Source: Flavobacteriales bacterium
GTDB lineage: Bacteria > Bacteroidota > Bacteroidia > CAIKAF01
Assembly (NCBI GenBank): GCA_052437175.1
Contig: JBQVOK010000001.1
Coordinates: forward strand, 628,226 to 692,225
DNA length: 64,000 bases
Direction of reading: 5' to 3'
The notes under the pieces are model-generated. The model was not told the DNA's origin and did not search any database. It worked only from the letters and a program-made list of their open reading frames with translations. Below are positions 26,204 to 36,009 of the stretch, piece by piece. Both the position numbers and the translations under genes were made by a program. Position 1 is the first letter of the stretch. Each line of letters starts with the position of its first letter.

Positions 26204-28876
26204 GTGAAAAAAAGCATTATTATCACCGTGGCAGGCCTGGCTGTTTTATTTACAAATCCGGACGCACAGGCACAATGCCTGAGCGGGAACTGCTTTGTAA
26301 ATATTACACCGAGCGCAACCACCATTTGTGAGGGACAGTCCGTTTCCCTGTCCGTAGACACCGGATCTGCCCTTTTATTCAACAATTTTAATTCGCAGAC
26401 ACTGGGTGCCGGCTGGACCGTGAACCCGGGTACGGTTGTCAATTACAACAACCCCTGCGGCCCCGGTATGGACGGTTCGCCGCACGTATGGTTCGGTGCG
26501 CAGGCCCCGCAGGGAACGCGTTTCCTGGCAACGGTGGATTTTAATACCACCGCCGGCGGATTCATCCAGTTCGATTTTAAAATGGCTACCCAGGGCAATG
26601 GTTCGCCCTGCGAAGGCCCCGATGAAGTGGACGAAGGCGTATCGCTGCAGTATTCAAACGACTACGGCGCTACCTGGATCGATATTACCTATTTTTCACC
26701 GGACGGCACCTTTTACCCGGCAAACCCCTGTCCGAACTGCAGCGGGGGCGCATTTGTAGCGGGTAATCCTTTTCTGAACTGGGCAACGTACACGTTCAAT
26801 TTCCCGGCGGCCGCACAAACGCCCTGTACGCGTTTCCGCTGGACACAGCCGTACAATACCTCGGCCACCAATGACCACTGGGGTATCGATAACGTACTTA
26901 TTTATGCCAATATTCCACCGGTACCGGGTTTTGTAAATACCGCCACCTGGCTCGATAACGGTGACACCATTACCGGTCCGCGCGTGGTTTCCCCCACTGT
27001 TACTACTTCGTATATCGCTAAATTCGAGACCGGTGCCGGCATCTGCTACGATACGGTGACCATCAACGTAAATCCAAAACCGGTGGCCAGTCTTACCGGT
27101 CCCAGCAATCTCTGCGTAAATACCCCTTACGTCTTTTCCGGTTCGGGTTCTACGGTATCTTCCGGTACCATCAATAATTACCGCTTTATCATGAACCCCA
27201 ACGGCGCTACCAACCAGGTAGGGCCCAACAGCAATCTCAGTTTCACCTATCCCGTGAACGTACCTACTTTCCAGGCCTCCCTGGTGGTGACCACGGCGGC
27301 CGGCTGTTCCGATACGGCCTATCTGCCCATTACCGTTTCGCCCAAACCGGTGCCTCTGTTTACGATGCAGCCTGCCGTGTGCGAAGGAACCCTGGTGAAC
27401 CTGGACGCTTCGGCCACCAATATTGCCGCGCCCGGTGTACTGGGCTATTTTGTGTGGGATACCGATGGGGATAATCTCAGCGACGACTCGCTGGCTACGA
27501 ATCAGAACAGTTTCCTGGCTACAGGCCCGGGCACACACAATGTGAAACTTACGGTATACAACAGTGTGGGCTGTGCTACTTCGGTAACGCATCCCATCAC
27601 CATACATCCGCAGCCGGTGGCCGATTTTACGGCTGTGCCGGGTTGTATAGGCGCTGCCGCCCAGATCACCAATAATAACCTGCAGACCGGGGTCAACTAC
27701 AACTGGGATTTCGGCGATGGTACCACACTGCTGTATAACGGCGCCGCCACTGGCCATATCTACACGGCGGCCGGCTCGTACACCATTGAACTGGTGGCCG
27801 ATCAGCAGGGGCTCTGTGTCGATACCCTGGCGCAGACCATCAGCGTGCAGAACACCGTGGATGCGGCTTTCAGCTTTAATGATCCCTGCGACCTGAACGG
27901 GATATTCACCGATCTTTCTACCGTACCGCCTACCTCGGCAGGTACCATAAACAGCTGGTACTGGGACTTTGCAGATGGAAATTCGTCTACAGACCAGAAC
28001 CCGGTAAACCTGTATACCAATAACAACGATTATAGTGTGCTGCTGATCGTAGGTACTACCGAAGGCTGCTTTGACACACTGATACAGACGGTACCACGTT
28101 ATGCCAAACCGCTGGCTGACTTTGCCTTTTCGGAAGTATGCCTGGGACAGGTGTCCAAACTGGCCAATACCTCTACGGTAGCCAGTGGCACCCTGGCGCA
28201 GTACAGCTGGGACCTGGGCAACGGAGTTACGCTCAGCACACCCGACGGAGATCATTCCTACGATAATGCCGGCGCATACCCGGTAACCCTGATCGTGGTA
28301 AGCGACAGGGGCTGCAGCGATACCGTAAGCCAGACCGTGAACGTATGGCCGGTACCCACAGCCGATTTTACCACATTGCCCCTGGGGCAGACCACCATGC
28401 TGGAACCTACGGTAGAACTCATTGACCAGTCTGCGGGAGCAACCGGCTGGGAATGGTATATAAATAACGTAGGTACCTTCAACGGCCCGAACCCCGTGTT
28501 CGATTTTGCGTCCAGCGGTTCCTATTCCATTATACTCACCGTATCTAACCAGTACGGCTGCGAGGACCAGAAACAATCCGATTATATTGTACTGCCTTCC
28601 TATACGTTCTATGTGCCCAACAGCTTTACCCCCAATGAAGGCGACCTGTTCAACCCCGTATTCCAGGTATACAGCAAAGGCTTGTCTACCATTGATTTCA
28701 GGGTGTTCAGCCGCTGGGGCGACCAGGTTTTCCAGAGCAGTGATCCTGAGTTTATCTGGGATGGCACCTTCAAAGGAAAGGACCTGCCCCCGGATGCCTA
28801 TGCTTACCGCTGCGTAACGCGGGATGTAGAAGGAAATGAGTACATTTATTACGGACATATTAATCTTATTCGCTGA
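26204..28876 (+). CDS. PKD-repeat surface protein with T9SS type B (gliding-motility-associated) C-terminal domain
   Basis: 890 aa with a GTG start and a signal peptide. It has several PKD-like repeats (WDFGDGTT, WYWDFADGNSS, YSWDLGNGVT). The C-terminus is YVPNSFTPNEGDLFNPVFQVY...FRVFSRWGDQVFQS...WDGTFKGKDLPPDAYAY. Confidence 0.85.
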   Translation: MKKSIIITVAGLAVLFTNPDAQAQCLSGNCFVNITPSATTICEGQSVSLSVDTGSALLFNNFNSQTLGAGWTVNPGTVVNYNNPCGPGMDGSPHVWFGAQAPQGTRFLATVDFNTTAGGFIQFDFKMATQGNGSPCEGPDEVDEGVSLQYSNDYGATWIDITYFSPDGTFYPANPCPNCSGGAFVAGNPFLNWATYTFNFPAAAQTPCTRFRWTQPYNTSATNDHWGIDNVLIYANIPPVPGFVNTATWLDNGDTITGPRVVSPTVTTSYIAKFETGAGICYDTVTINVNPKPVASLTGPSNLCVNTPYVFSGSGSTVSSGTINNYRFIMNPNGATNQVGPNSNLSFTYPVNVPTFQASLVVTTAAGCSDTAYLPITVSPKPVPLFTMQPAVCEGTLVNLDASATNIAAPGVLGYFVWDTDGDNLSDDSLATNQNSFLATGPGTHNVKLTVYNSVGCATSVTHPITIHPQPVADFTAVPGCIGAAAQITNNNLQTGVNYNWDFGDGTTLLYNGAATGHIYTAAGSYTIELVADQQGLCVDTLAQTISVQNTVDAAFSFNDPCDLNGIFTDLSTVPPTSAGTINSWYWDFADGNSSTDQNPVNLYTNNNDYSVLLIVGTTEGCFDTLIQTVPRYAKPLADFAFSEVCLGQVSKLANTSTVASGTLAQYSWDLGNGVTLSTPDGDHSYDNAGAYPVTLIVVSDRGCSDTVSQTVNVWPVPTADFTTLPLGQTTMLEPTVELIDQSAGATGWEWYINNVGTFNGPNPVFDFASSGSYSIILTVSNQYGCEDQKQSDYIVLPSYTFYVPNSFTPNEGDLFNPVFQVYSKGLSTIDFRVFSRWGDQVFQSSDPEFIWDGTFKGKDLPPDAYAYRCVTRDVEGNEYIYYGHINLIR

Positions 28877-28919
28877 TCAGCTAAATTTCCTTAGATTTGC
28901 TGCGTAAAATCAGCATAGG

Positions 28920-30917
28920 ATGAACATTGACCTGCCAGAATTGGCTTTCGACAGAAAAGGCATCAGTCTCAAAGAATTAAAAAAACTGTATAAGCATCTT
29001 CTTGCCCCGCGTCTTATCGAGGAGAAGATGCTTATTCTGTTACGTCAGGGCCGTATTTCCAAGTGGTTCAGCGGGATCGGCCAGGAAGCCATTTCTGTAG
29101 GTACCACACTGGCACTCGACCCCGATGAATACATCCTGCCTATGCACCGCAACCTGGGCATGTTTACGGCACGCGGTATCCCGTACGAAGATCTGTTTAA
29201 ACAGTTCCAGGGCAAGGAAGGCGGTTTTACCAAAGGCCGTGACCGCAGTTTTCACTTCGGTACCAATGATTACCACCTGGTGGGTATGATCTCGCACCTG
29301 GGGCCACAGCTGGGCGTAGCCGACGGTATAGCCCTGGCTACAAAACTGAAAAAAGAAAACAAAGTGACCCTGGTGGTTAGCGGTGACGGCGGTACCAGTG
29401 AAGGCGATTTTCACGAAAGCCTGAACGTGGCTGCCGTATGGGACCTGCCCGTGATCTTTGTGATCGAGAACAACGGCTACGGCCTCAGTACCCCGAGCAA
29501 TGAACAGTTCCGCTGCAACCTGCTGGCCGACCGGGCCATCGGTTACGGAATGGAAGCGGTGACCATCGACGGAAATAACATCCTGGAAGTATACAACACC
29601 ACGCGCCGCCTGGCCGAAGATCTGCGCCAGAACCCGCGTCCGGTGATCCTGGAATGCATCACGTTCCGCATGCGCGGTCACGAAGAAGCCAGCGGTACCA
29701 AGTATGTGCCCCAGTACCTGTTTGATGCCTGGGCTGCCAAAGATCCCATTACAAATTACGAACAATACCTGCTTGCAGAAGGCATACTCACGGCCGACGA
29801 GGTTATGGAGATCCGGGCCGAGATCAAGAAAGAGATCAGCGATTCGGTAGAAAAGGCCTTTGCCGTGCCTGCCATTACGGCCAGCGACGAGACCGAACTG
29901 AACGATGTATACGCTGCGTATACACAACAGATAACCCCACCCATTGCACGTACACGTGAAATGCGCTTTGTGGACGCTGTTTCCGACGGACTCCGCCAGG
30001 CCATGTACAAACACGATAACCTGGTACTGATGGGACAGGATATTGCCGAATACGGCGGCGTGTTCAAGGTTACCGAAGGTTTTGTGGAAGAATTCGGGAA
30101 AGACCGCGTACGCAATACGCCGCTCTGCGAAAGTGCCATTGTGGGTACTGCGCTGGGCCTTTCCATCAAGAAAATGAAAGCCATGGTAGAAATGCAGTTT
30201 GCCGATTTTGTGACCTGCGGTTTCAACCAGATCGTGAATAACCTGGCCAAATCGCACTACCGCTGGGGACAGAATGCCGATGTGGTAGTACGTATGCCGG
30301 CCGGTGCCGGTGTGGCTGCGGGCCCGTTCCACAGTCAGAGTAACGAAGCCTGGTTCTTCCATACGCCGGGTCTCAAGGTATTCTATCCTTCTACGGCAGA
30401 AGATGCCAAAGGTATGCTGATCGCGGCTTTCGAAGACCCCAACCCCGTTGTATTCTTCGAACACAAAGCCCTGTACCGCAGTGTAAGCGGGCAGGTGCCC
30501 GAGGGCTATTACACCGTGGAGATCGGTAAGGCACGCCGGGTAACGGAAGGCAGCCGCGCCACCATTGTAACCTATGGTTTTGGTGTACACTGGGCCCAGG
30601 AAGAACTGGAAAAGAACGGCATCGGAGATGTAGAGATCATCGACCTGCGCACCCTGCTGCCCTGGGACAAGGAAACCGTTGCGGAAAGTGTACGTAAGAC
30701 CGGCCGTGTGCTGGTGCTGCACGAAGACACCGTTACAGGCGGTATCGGCGGCGAAATTGCGGCATGGATAGCCGAAAATTGTTTTGAATACCTGGATGCC
30801 CCGGTAAAACGACTGGCATCACTGGATACACCTGTGCCCTTTGCACCGAACCTGGAATGGAATTTCCTGCCCAGGAACCGAATTGTGCATGTATTGAACG
30901 AACTATTAAATTACTAA
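28920..30917 (+). CDS. Fused E1 alpha/beta 2-oxoacid dehydrogenase (TPP-dependent)
   Basis: 665 aa. The N-terminal E1-alpha has a TPP motif (VSGDGGTSEGDFHESLNVAAVWDLPVIFVIENNGY). The C-terminal E1-beta is transketolase-like (GQDIAEYGGVFKVT...RVRNTPLCESAIVG). Confidence 0.9.
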   Translation: MNIDLPELAFDRKGISLKELKKLYKHLLAPRLIEEKMLILLRQGRISKWFSGIGQEAISVGTTLALDPDEYILPMHRNLGMFTARGIPYEDLFKQFQGKEGGFTKGRDRSFHFGTNDYHLVGMISHLGPQLGVADGIALATKLKKENKVTLVVSGDGGTSEGDFHESLNVAAVWDLPVIFVIENNGYGLSTPSNEQFRCNLLADRAIGYGMEAVTIDGNNILEVYNTTRRLAEDLRQNPRPVILECITFRMRGHEEASGTKYVPQYLFDAWAAKDPITNYEQYLLAEGILTADEVMEIRAEIKKEISDSVEKAFAVPAITASDETELNDVYAAYTQQITPPIARTREMRFVDAVSDGLRQAMYKHDNLVLMGQDIAEYGGVFKVTEGFVEEFGKDRVRNTPLCESAIVGTALGLSIKKMKAMVEMQFADFVTCGFNQIVNNLAKSHYRWGQNADVVVRMPAGAGVAAGPFHSQSNEAWFFHTPGLKVFYPSTAEDAKGMLIAAFEDPNPVVFFEHKALYRSVSGQVPEGYYTVEIGKARRVTEGSRATIVTYGFGVHWAQEELEKNGIGDVEIIDLRTLLPWDKETVAESVRKTGRVLVLHEDTVTGGIGGEIAAWIAENCFEYLDAPVKRLASLDTPVPFAPNLEWNFLPRNRIVHVLNELLNY

Positions 30918-30927
30918 ACAAAAACGT

Positions 30928-31908
30928 ATGGTAAGAACGGACTGGACACGTGAAGAAGTAGCTCAGATTTACAACAAACCCTTAATAGATCTGGTTTTTG
31001 AAGCGGGAAAAATTCACCGCGAAAATTTCAACGGCAACGAGGTACAGATGAGTACACTGCTGTCGATCAAAACGGGCGGATGTCCCGAAGATTGCGCTTA
31101 CTGCCCCCAGGCGGCACGCTATAACACCGGTGTAAAAGGTACACCGCTTCTCAATGAAGAAGAAATTATTACCTCGGCCCTGGCAGCCAAAGCGAACGGC
31201 AGCAGCCGCTTCTGCATGGGTGCGGCCTGGCGCGAGGTAAAGGACAACCGCCATTTCGACCAGGTGGTAAGCCTTGTAAAGACCATTACCGATATGGACA
31301 TGGAAGTGTGCTGCACCCTGGGCATGCTCAACGAACACCAGGCACAGCGCCTCAAAGAGGCCGGTTTATATGCCTATAACCACAACCTGGACACATCGCC
31401 TGAATATTACGAACACATTATTACCACACGCACTTACGACGATCGTCTGAAAACGCTCGAGAACGTACGCAATGCCGGTATTTCGGTATGCTGCGGCGGT
31501 ATTGTGGGTATGGGCGAGCAGGAAACCGACCGTATCGGCCTGCTGCAGACCCTGGCCACCCTTCCGCGCCATCCCGAAAGTGTGCCCATCAACGCGCTGG
31601 TATCCGTAAAAGGTACCCCGCTGGGCGAGCAGGAAAAACTGCCCTTCTGGGATATGCTCCGCTGCATTGCCACGGCCCGTATCATTATGCCGCGCAGTAT
31701 GGTACGCCTCAGCGCCGGCCGCGCCGAAATGAGCCTCAGCGAGCAGTTCCTGTGCTTCCTGGCAGGTGCCAACAGCATTTTTGCGGGCGAAAAACTGCTT
31801 ACTACGCCCAACCCCGAGTTCAACAGCGATAAAGCGATGTTCGAACTCTTCGGACTGAAAAACATGCCTGCCTTCGCCTCCTGCGAAAAAGAACAGGTAG
31901 AAGCATAA
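30928..31908 (+). CDS. bioB: Biotin synthase
   Basis: 326 aa. It has the radical-SAM motif CPEDCAYCPQ and YNHNLDTS, and starts 10 nt after the E1 gene. Confidence 0.97.
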   Translation: MVRTDWTREEVAQIYNKPLIDLVFEAGKIHRENFNGNEVQMSTLLSIKTGGCPEDCAYCPQAARYNTGVKGTPLLNEEEIITSALAAKANGSSRFCMGAAWREVKDNRHFDQVVSLVKTITDMDMEVCCTLGMLNEHQAQRLKEAGLYAYNHNLDTSPEYYEHIITTRTYDDRLKTLENVRNAGISVCCGGIVGMGEQETDRIGLLQTLATLPRHPESVPINALVSVKGTPLGEQEKLPFWDMLRCIATARIIMPRSMVRLSAGRAEMSLSEQFLCFLAGANSIFAGEKLLTTPNPEFNSDKAMFELFGLKNMPAFASCEKEQVEA

Positions 31909-31912
31909 ACGT

Positions 31913-33007
31913 ATGATCCCCCGGAATCTGGAGGAAAAATTAGCGGAACGGGAGCGTGCGGGAAACGTACGCTCTCTGCCTGTTTTATACCCCGGCCTCA
32001 GCGATTTTTCGGGCAACGATTACCTGGGTTTTTCCGGCGCCCTGACAAGCGACGGACATTTACCCGCCGGCTCCACCGGCAGCCGCCTTATTTCGGGCAA
32101 TCACCCCGTGTTTTATACGCTGGAGAACGAGATACTGCCTGCTTTTCACGGTTTTGAAGCCGCCCTGTTCTTCGGGTCGGGCTACACGGCCAATACCGGA
32201 CTTTTTTCCTGCATAGCCGGGCGGGGAGATACCATCTTGTACGACGAAAAGGTACATGCCAGCATCCGCGACGGCATACGTATAGGGCTGTCGAAGGCAC
32301 ACGCTTTCCGGCATAATTCCACGGAAGACCTGGAAACGCGTATGCAGCGGGCAGAAGGACAGGTATTCGTTGCCGTGGAAAGTGTATACAGCATGGACGG
32401 TGACCTGGCCCCCCTGCACGAAATAGCGGCTCTGTGCGCCAGGTATGAGGCTTTCCTGGTTGTAGACGAGGCCCATGCCCTGGGCGTACTCGGAAAAGGC
32501 CTTATTGACGCATACCAGCTTCAGCGATCGGTATTTGCGGCGGTTTTTACCTATGGAAAAGCCTTTGGTGTGCATGGTGCTGCGGTTTGCGGCCCGGAGA
32601 TACTGAAACGTTTCCTGCTGAATTTTTCGAGACCTTTTATATATACCACGGCACCCGCCCCGGAATCGGTACAGCGGGTGATAGATGCCTATACGCTTTT
32701 TTCCTCGGAAGAAGGACAACGCCGCTGTGCCCGGCTGAACGATCTGATCGCTCACTGGAATGCAGGGCCCGTTTTTAGCTATTTTTCACGAAACCCCTCA
32801 GCCATTCAATGCGTATATATAAAAGGAAACGAGGCGGCCCGTTCCCTGGAAAAAGAACTTCAGCGGTCCGGCTTCTCCGTAAAGGCCATCCTGCATCCCA
32901 CCGTTGCCGAAGGGGAGGAGCGTATACGTATTTCGCTGGGCGCTGCCCGTTCGGAAGCAGAAATTGACCGGCTGAAACAGGTAATTCATAACTTTTTTGC
33001 CTTATGA
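31913..33007 (+). CDS. bioF: 8-amino-7-oxononanoate synthase
   Basis: 364 aa, a PLP-dependent alpha-oxoamine synthase (FGSGYTANTG, VVDEAHALG, TYGKAFGVHGA). Confidence 0.9.
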   Translation: MIPRNLEEKLAERERAGNVRSLPVLYPGLSDFSGNDYLGFSGALTSDGHLPAGSTGSRLISGNHPVFYTLENEILPAFHGFEAALFFGSGYTANTGLFSCIAGRGDTILYDEKVHASIRDGIRIGLSKAHAFRHNSTEDLETRMQRAEGQVFVAVESVYSMDGDLAPLHEIAALCARYEAFLVVDEAHALGVLGKGLIDAYQLQRSVFAAVFTYGKAFGVHGAAVCGPEILKRFLLNFSRPFIYTTAPAPESVQRVIDAYTLFSSEEGQRRCARLNDLIAHWNAGPVFSYFSRNPSAIQCVYIKGNEAARSLEKELQRSGFSVKAILHPTVAEGEERIRISLGAARSEAEIDRLKQVIHNFFAL

Positions 33008-33615
33008 ACAAGCGCGGGTATTTTATAACGGGAATCGGTACCGAGGTGGGCAAGACCATCGTAAGCGCCGTATTGTGCAAAGCCCTGGAGGCCGACTATT
33101 TCAAACCCATACAATGCGGCGACCCGGATGCACCCGAAGGTGGCAAAATAAGCAGCCTGGTGCCGGGTACGTATATTCATCCAACGGTATATGGTCTGCG
33201 CGAACCGGTGTCGCCACACCGCGCCGCCCGCATGGAAGGCATCGAGATCAGCCTGGACGCGATACAGCTGCCGCAGAGCGATCGTATACTCATCGTGGAA
33301 GGCGCCGGCGGACTGATGGTGCCCCTGAACGACAGCCAGACCATGACCGACCTGATCCGCAGCCTGGAACTGCCGCTTATCCTGGTGGTGAACCATTACC
33401 TGGGCAGTCTCAATCATACCCTGCTTTCCCTGGGACTGATCCGCATGCACGAACTGCCTTTTGCCGGCATTATTTTCAACGGGAACCCCGACCCGGAAAG
33501 CGAACGTATCATTCACACCCTGAGCGGAGCAGAGATACTCGGGCATGTTTCGTATATGAATGAACTGAGCCCGGAACAGGTAACACGCGCTGCCGCGAAT
33601 ATTAAAATAGTATAG
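33004..33615 (+). CDS. bioD: Dethiobiotin synthase
   Basis: 203 aa with P-loop GIGTEVGKT and IVEGAGGLMVP. It overlaps bioF by 4 nt. Confidence 0.9.
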   Translation: MNKRGYFITGIGTEVGKTIVSAVLCKALEADYFKPIQCGDPDAPEGGKISSLVPGTYIHPTVYGLREPVSPHRAARMEGIEISLDAIQLPQSDRILIVEGAGGLMVPLNDSQTMTDLIRSLELPLILVVNHYLGSLNHTLLSLGLIRMHELPFAGIIFNGNPDPESERIIHTLSGAEILGHVSYMNELSPEQVTRAAANIKIV

Positions 33616-33617
33616 TA

Positions 33618-34892
33618 ATGATCAAAGAGAAAGATCACCGTTATATCTGGCATCCCTTCAGCAGCTGGTCGGCAGAGCCCGATCAGGTACCTGTGGTAAA
33701 AGGAAAGGCCGAATTCCTGTACGATACGGAAGGAAAAACGTATATAGATGCTATATCGTCCTGGTGGGTAAATATCCACGGGCACAGTCATCCCTACATC
33801 AACCAGAAAATAGCCGAACAGCTGGCGGAACTCGAACACGTTATTTTTTCAGGTTTTACACATGCACCGGCAGTTACACTGGCCGAGCGCCTCGTACAGA
33901 AAGCCGGCGGGGGCAGCGGTAAGATCTTCTTTTCGGACAACGGAAGTACTTCGGTAGAAGTAGCGCTGAAACTGGCCATACAGTTCTGGAAGAACCGGGG
34001 TGAGCAGCGCACGGTATTCATCGCTTTCGAAGGCTCTTACCACGGCGATACCTTCGGGAGTATGAGCGTAAGTGAGCGCGACGTGTTTACGCAGGCCTTT
34101 GAAAAACTGCTTTTTCATGTAGAATACATTCCCCTGCCCACAGAAGAAAATATACAGGAGGTCCGTCGGAAACTGGGCAGTATACTGGAAGAACAGCGGG
34201 TGGCCGCTTTTATTTACGAACCCCTGGTGCAGGGTGCGGGCGGTATGCGTATGTATGCGGCGGAATACCTGCAGCAGCTGATAACACTGGTCCGTCAGCA
34301 GGGCGTACTGTGTATTGCCGATGAGGTGATGACCGGTTTCGGACGCACAGGTACTTTTTTTGCCTCCGACCGCCTTCCCGACCGCCCCGATATGCTGTGC
34401 ATGAGCAAAGCCCTTACCGGTGGCTATCTGCCGATGGGCGCTACCTGGGTGAATGAGCTGCTGCTCTCGGAATTCAGGCAGGCCACGCCCGAACGTACCT
34501 TTTACCACGGACATTCCTTTACCGGGAATCCCATTGCCTGTGCGGCAGCCAATGCCTCGCTCGACCTGCTGGGCAATGCCGCCGTACAACAGGGAATAGA
34601 AGAACTGGAGTTCCGTATGGTGGCCCTGGCCGATGAGTTCTCTGCACACCCGCGCCTGCAGGACGTACGCGTATGCGGTACCATACTGGCTATGGACGTG
34701 CTTGTACCCGATGAAGGCTATTTTTATACACACCCGGTAAAAAAAATACTGTACGATACCGCCCTGGAAAACGGCGTGCTGCTGCGGCCCATGGGCAATG
34801 TACTGTACGTGCTGCCCCCGTACTGCATCCGGGAAGAAAGCCTGGAACAGGTACGGCAGACCCTTTATAAATGCCTCGAAAAAACCGCATAG
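33618..34892 (+). CDS. bioA: Adenosylmethionine-8-amino-7-oxononanoate aminotransferase
   Basis: 424 aa, a class III aminotransferase (SSWWVNIHGH, IADEVMTGFGRTG, MSKALTGGYLP). Confidence 0.95.
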   Translation: MIKEKDHRYIWHPFSSWSAEPDQVPVVKGKAEFLYDTEGKTYIDAISSWWVNIHGHSHPYINQKIAEQLAELEHVIFSGFTHAPAVTLAERLVQKAGGGSGKIFFSDNGSTSVEVALKLAIQFWKNRGEQRTVFIAFEGSYHGDTFGSMSVSERDVFTQAFEKLLFHVEYIPLPTEENIQEVRRKLGSILEEQRVAAFIYEPLVQGAGGMRMYAAEYLQQLITLVRQQGVLCIADEVMTGFGRTGTFFASDRLPDRPDMLCMSKALTGGYLPMGATWVNELLLSEFRQATPERTFYHGHSFTGNPIACAAANASLDLLGNAAVQQGIEELEFRMVALADEFSAHPRLQDVRVCGTILAMDVLVPDEGYFYTHPVKKILYDTALENGVLLRPMGNVLYVLPPYCIREESLEQVRQTLYKCLEKTA

Positions 34893-34893
34893 C

Positions 34894-35481
34894 ATGAGAA
34901 AACACCTCCGCCGCAGTCTGCGCATATCGCGCTACGTGGTATACCGCGAAACCCTTGTAGACTTTAAGGAACATCTCTGGGCCTTCCTGGGCTCCTTTGC
35001 CGGTATTGCGCTCATCGCTTTCCTGCAGAGCCGTTTCCTGAGCCTGGAAGATAATCTCTTTCTCATCGGTTCTTTCGGTGCTTCGGCCGTACTGGTCTAC
35101 GGCGTGATCAGCAGTCCGCTGGCGCAACCCCGCAACCTCATCGGCGGGCACCTGGTATCGGCCCTTATCGGGGTATGTGTACAGACAACCGGGCTGGATA
35201 TCCTCTGGATATCGGCACCCCTGGCGGTTTCGCTTTCCATTGTGGCCATGCAGCTTACCAAAACCCTGCATCCTCCCGGGGGGGCAACGGCGCTTATTGC
35301 CGTCATCGGCTCCGAAAAAGTAAAGGCCCTGGGCTTCCTGTATGTGTTGTCTCCCGTACTCAGCGGTTGCCTCATCCTGTTGCTGATCGCCCTGGTAGTG
35401 AATAATATTCCCCACGGCCGCCGTTATCCCACCCGTAGCCGCTTCCTCATCCGCAGAAAGCGTAAACAACGCGTTTCCTAA
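34894..35481 (+). CDS. HPP family membrane protein
   Basis: The ORF opens at 34798 inside bioA. ATG 34894 lies 1 nt after the bioA stop. The protein is multi-TM with the eponymous motif KTLHPPGGATALI. Confidence 0.8.
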   Translation: MRKHLRRSLRISRYVVYRETLVDFKEHLWAFLGSFAGIALIAFLQSRFLSLEDNLFLIGSFGASAVLVYGVISSPLAQPRNLIGGHLVSALIGVCVQTTGLDILWISAPLAVSLSIVAMQLTKTLHPPGGATALIAVIGSEKVKALGFLYVLSPVLSGCLILLLIALVVNNIPHGRRYPTRSRFLIRRKRKQRVS

Positions 35482-35531
35482 ATTCCGGTTAAATAAAAAA
35501 AAACGGCGTTCCTTCGGTCTAACTTCCCGGC

Positions 35532-35948
35532 GTGAAAACGTATATCCGTTTTATAACTGCCTGTTTTTTCGTATATACATCCGTGTCCGGTACTGTTTGG
35601 GCGCAGCAGGAGACCTTACTTCCGGAAATCGTGTTTGATGCAAAGGCACTGGATCTGGGCCTGCTTCCGCAACAGAACATGCGCGTACATGTGCCGTTCT
35701 TATACCTGGGCAAAGAACCTCAGCTGATCGCACGAATATGGGTCGGCGATCCGCATTATGCGTGCGAATACCCGCGCGAACCGCTGATGCCCGGAAAACA
35801 GTATACACTTACGGTCTGTTTCTGGCTGTGCGACCGGCCCGGACCTTTGCTCCGCAGTTTTACCCTGTCACTGGCTAACGGGGAGAATGTCACAGGCTTA
35901 TTCCGGGGACTTGTAGGCGATCCGCGCTTCATTCCCGATCCGCGCTGA
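35532..35948 (+). CDS. Secreted hypothetical protein (possibly DUF1573-like beta-sandwich)
   Basis: 138 aa with a GTG start and signal peptide KTYIRFITACFFVYTSVSGTVWAQ. No diagnostic motif is present. Confidence 0.5.
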   Translation: MKTYIRFITACFFVYTSVSGTVWAQQETLLPEIVFDAKALDLGLLPQQNMRVHVPFLYLGKEPQLIARIWVGDPHYACEYPREPLMPGKQYTLTVCFWLCDRPGPLLRSFTLSLANGENVTGLFRGLVGDPRFIPDPR

Positions 35949-36009
35949 AATTTTCACTCCGTATATTGAACCCCCTGACTTTACGGGTGTATACTCTAAA
36001 AAAGACTTC

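Noticed and set aside
26696-28858. 720-aa ORF on the minus strand, the longest unexplained ORF in the window.
   Set aside because: It lies entirely antisense to the PKD/T9SS cargo gene, which has clear domain signatures. The translation is Gly/Arg/Val-rich and low-complexity with no motif. This is a typical frame shadow in GC-rich coding DNA.
29040-30722. 560-aa minus-strand ORF.
   Set aside because: It is antisense to the E1 alpha/beta dehydrogenase, which has unmistakable TPP and transketolase motifs. I recognise no motifs in the antisense product.
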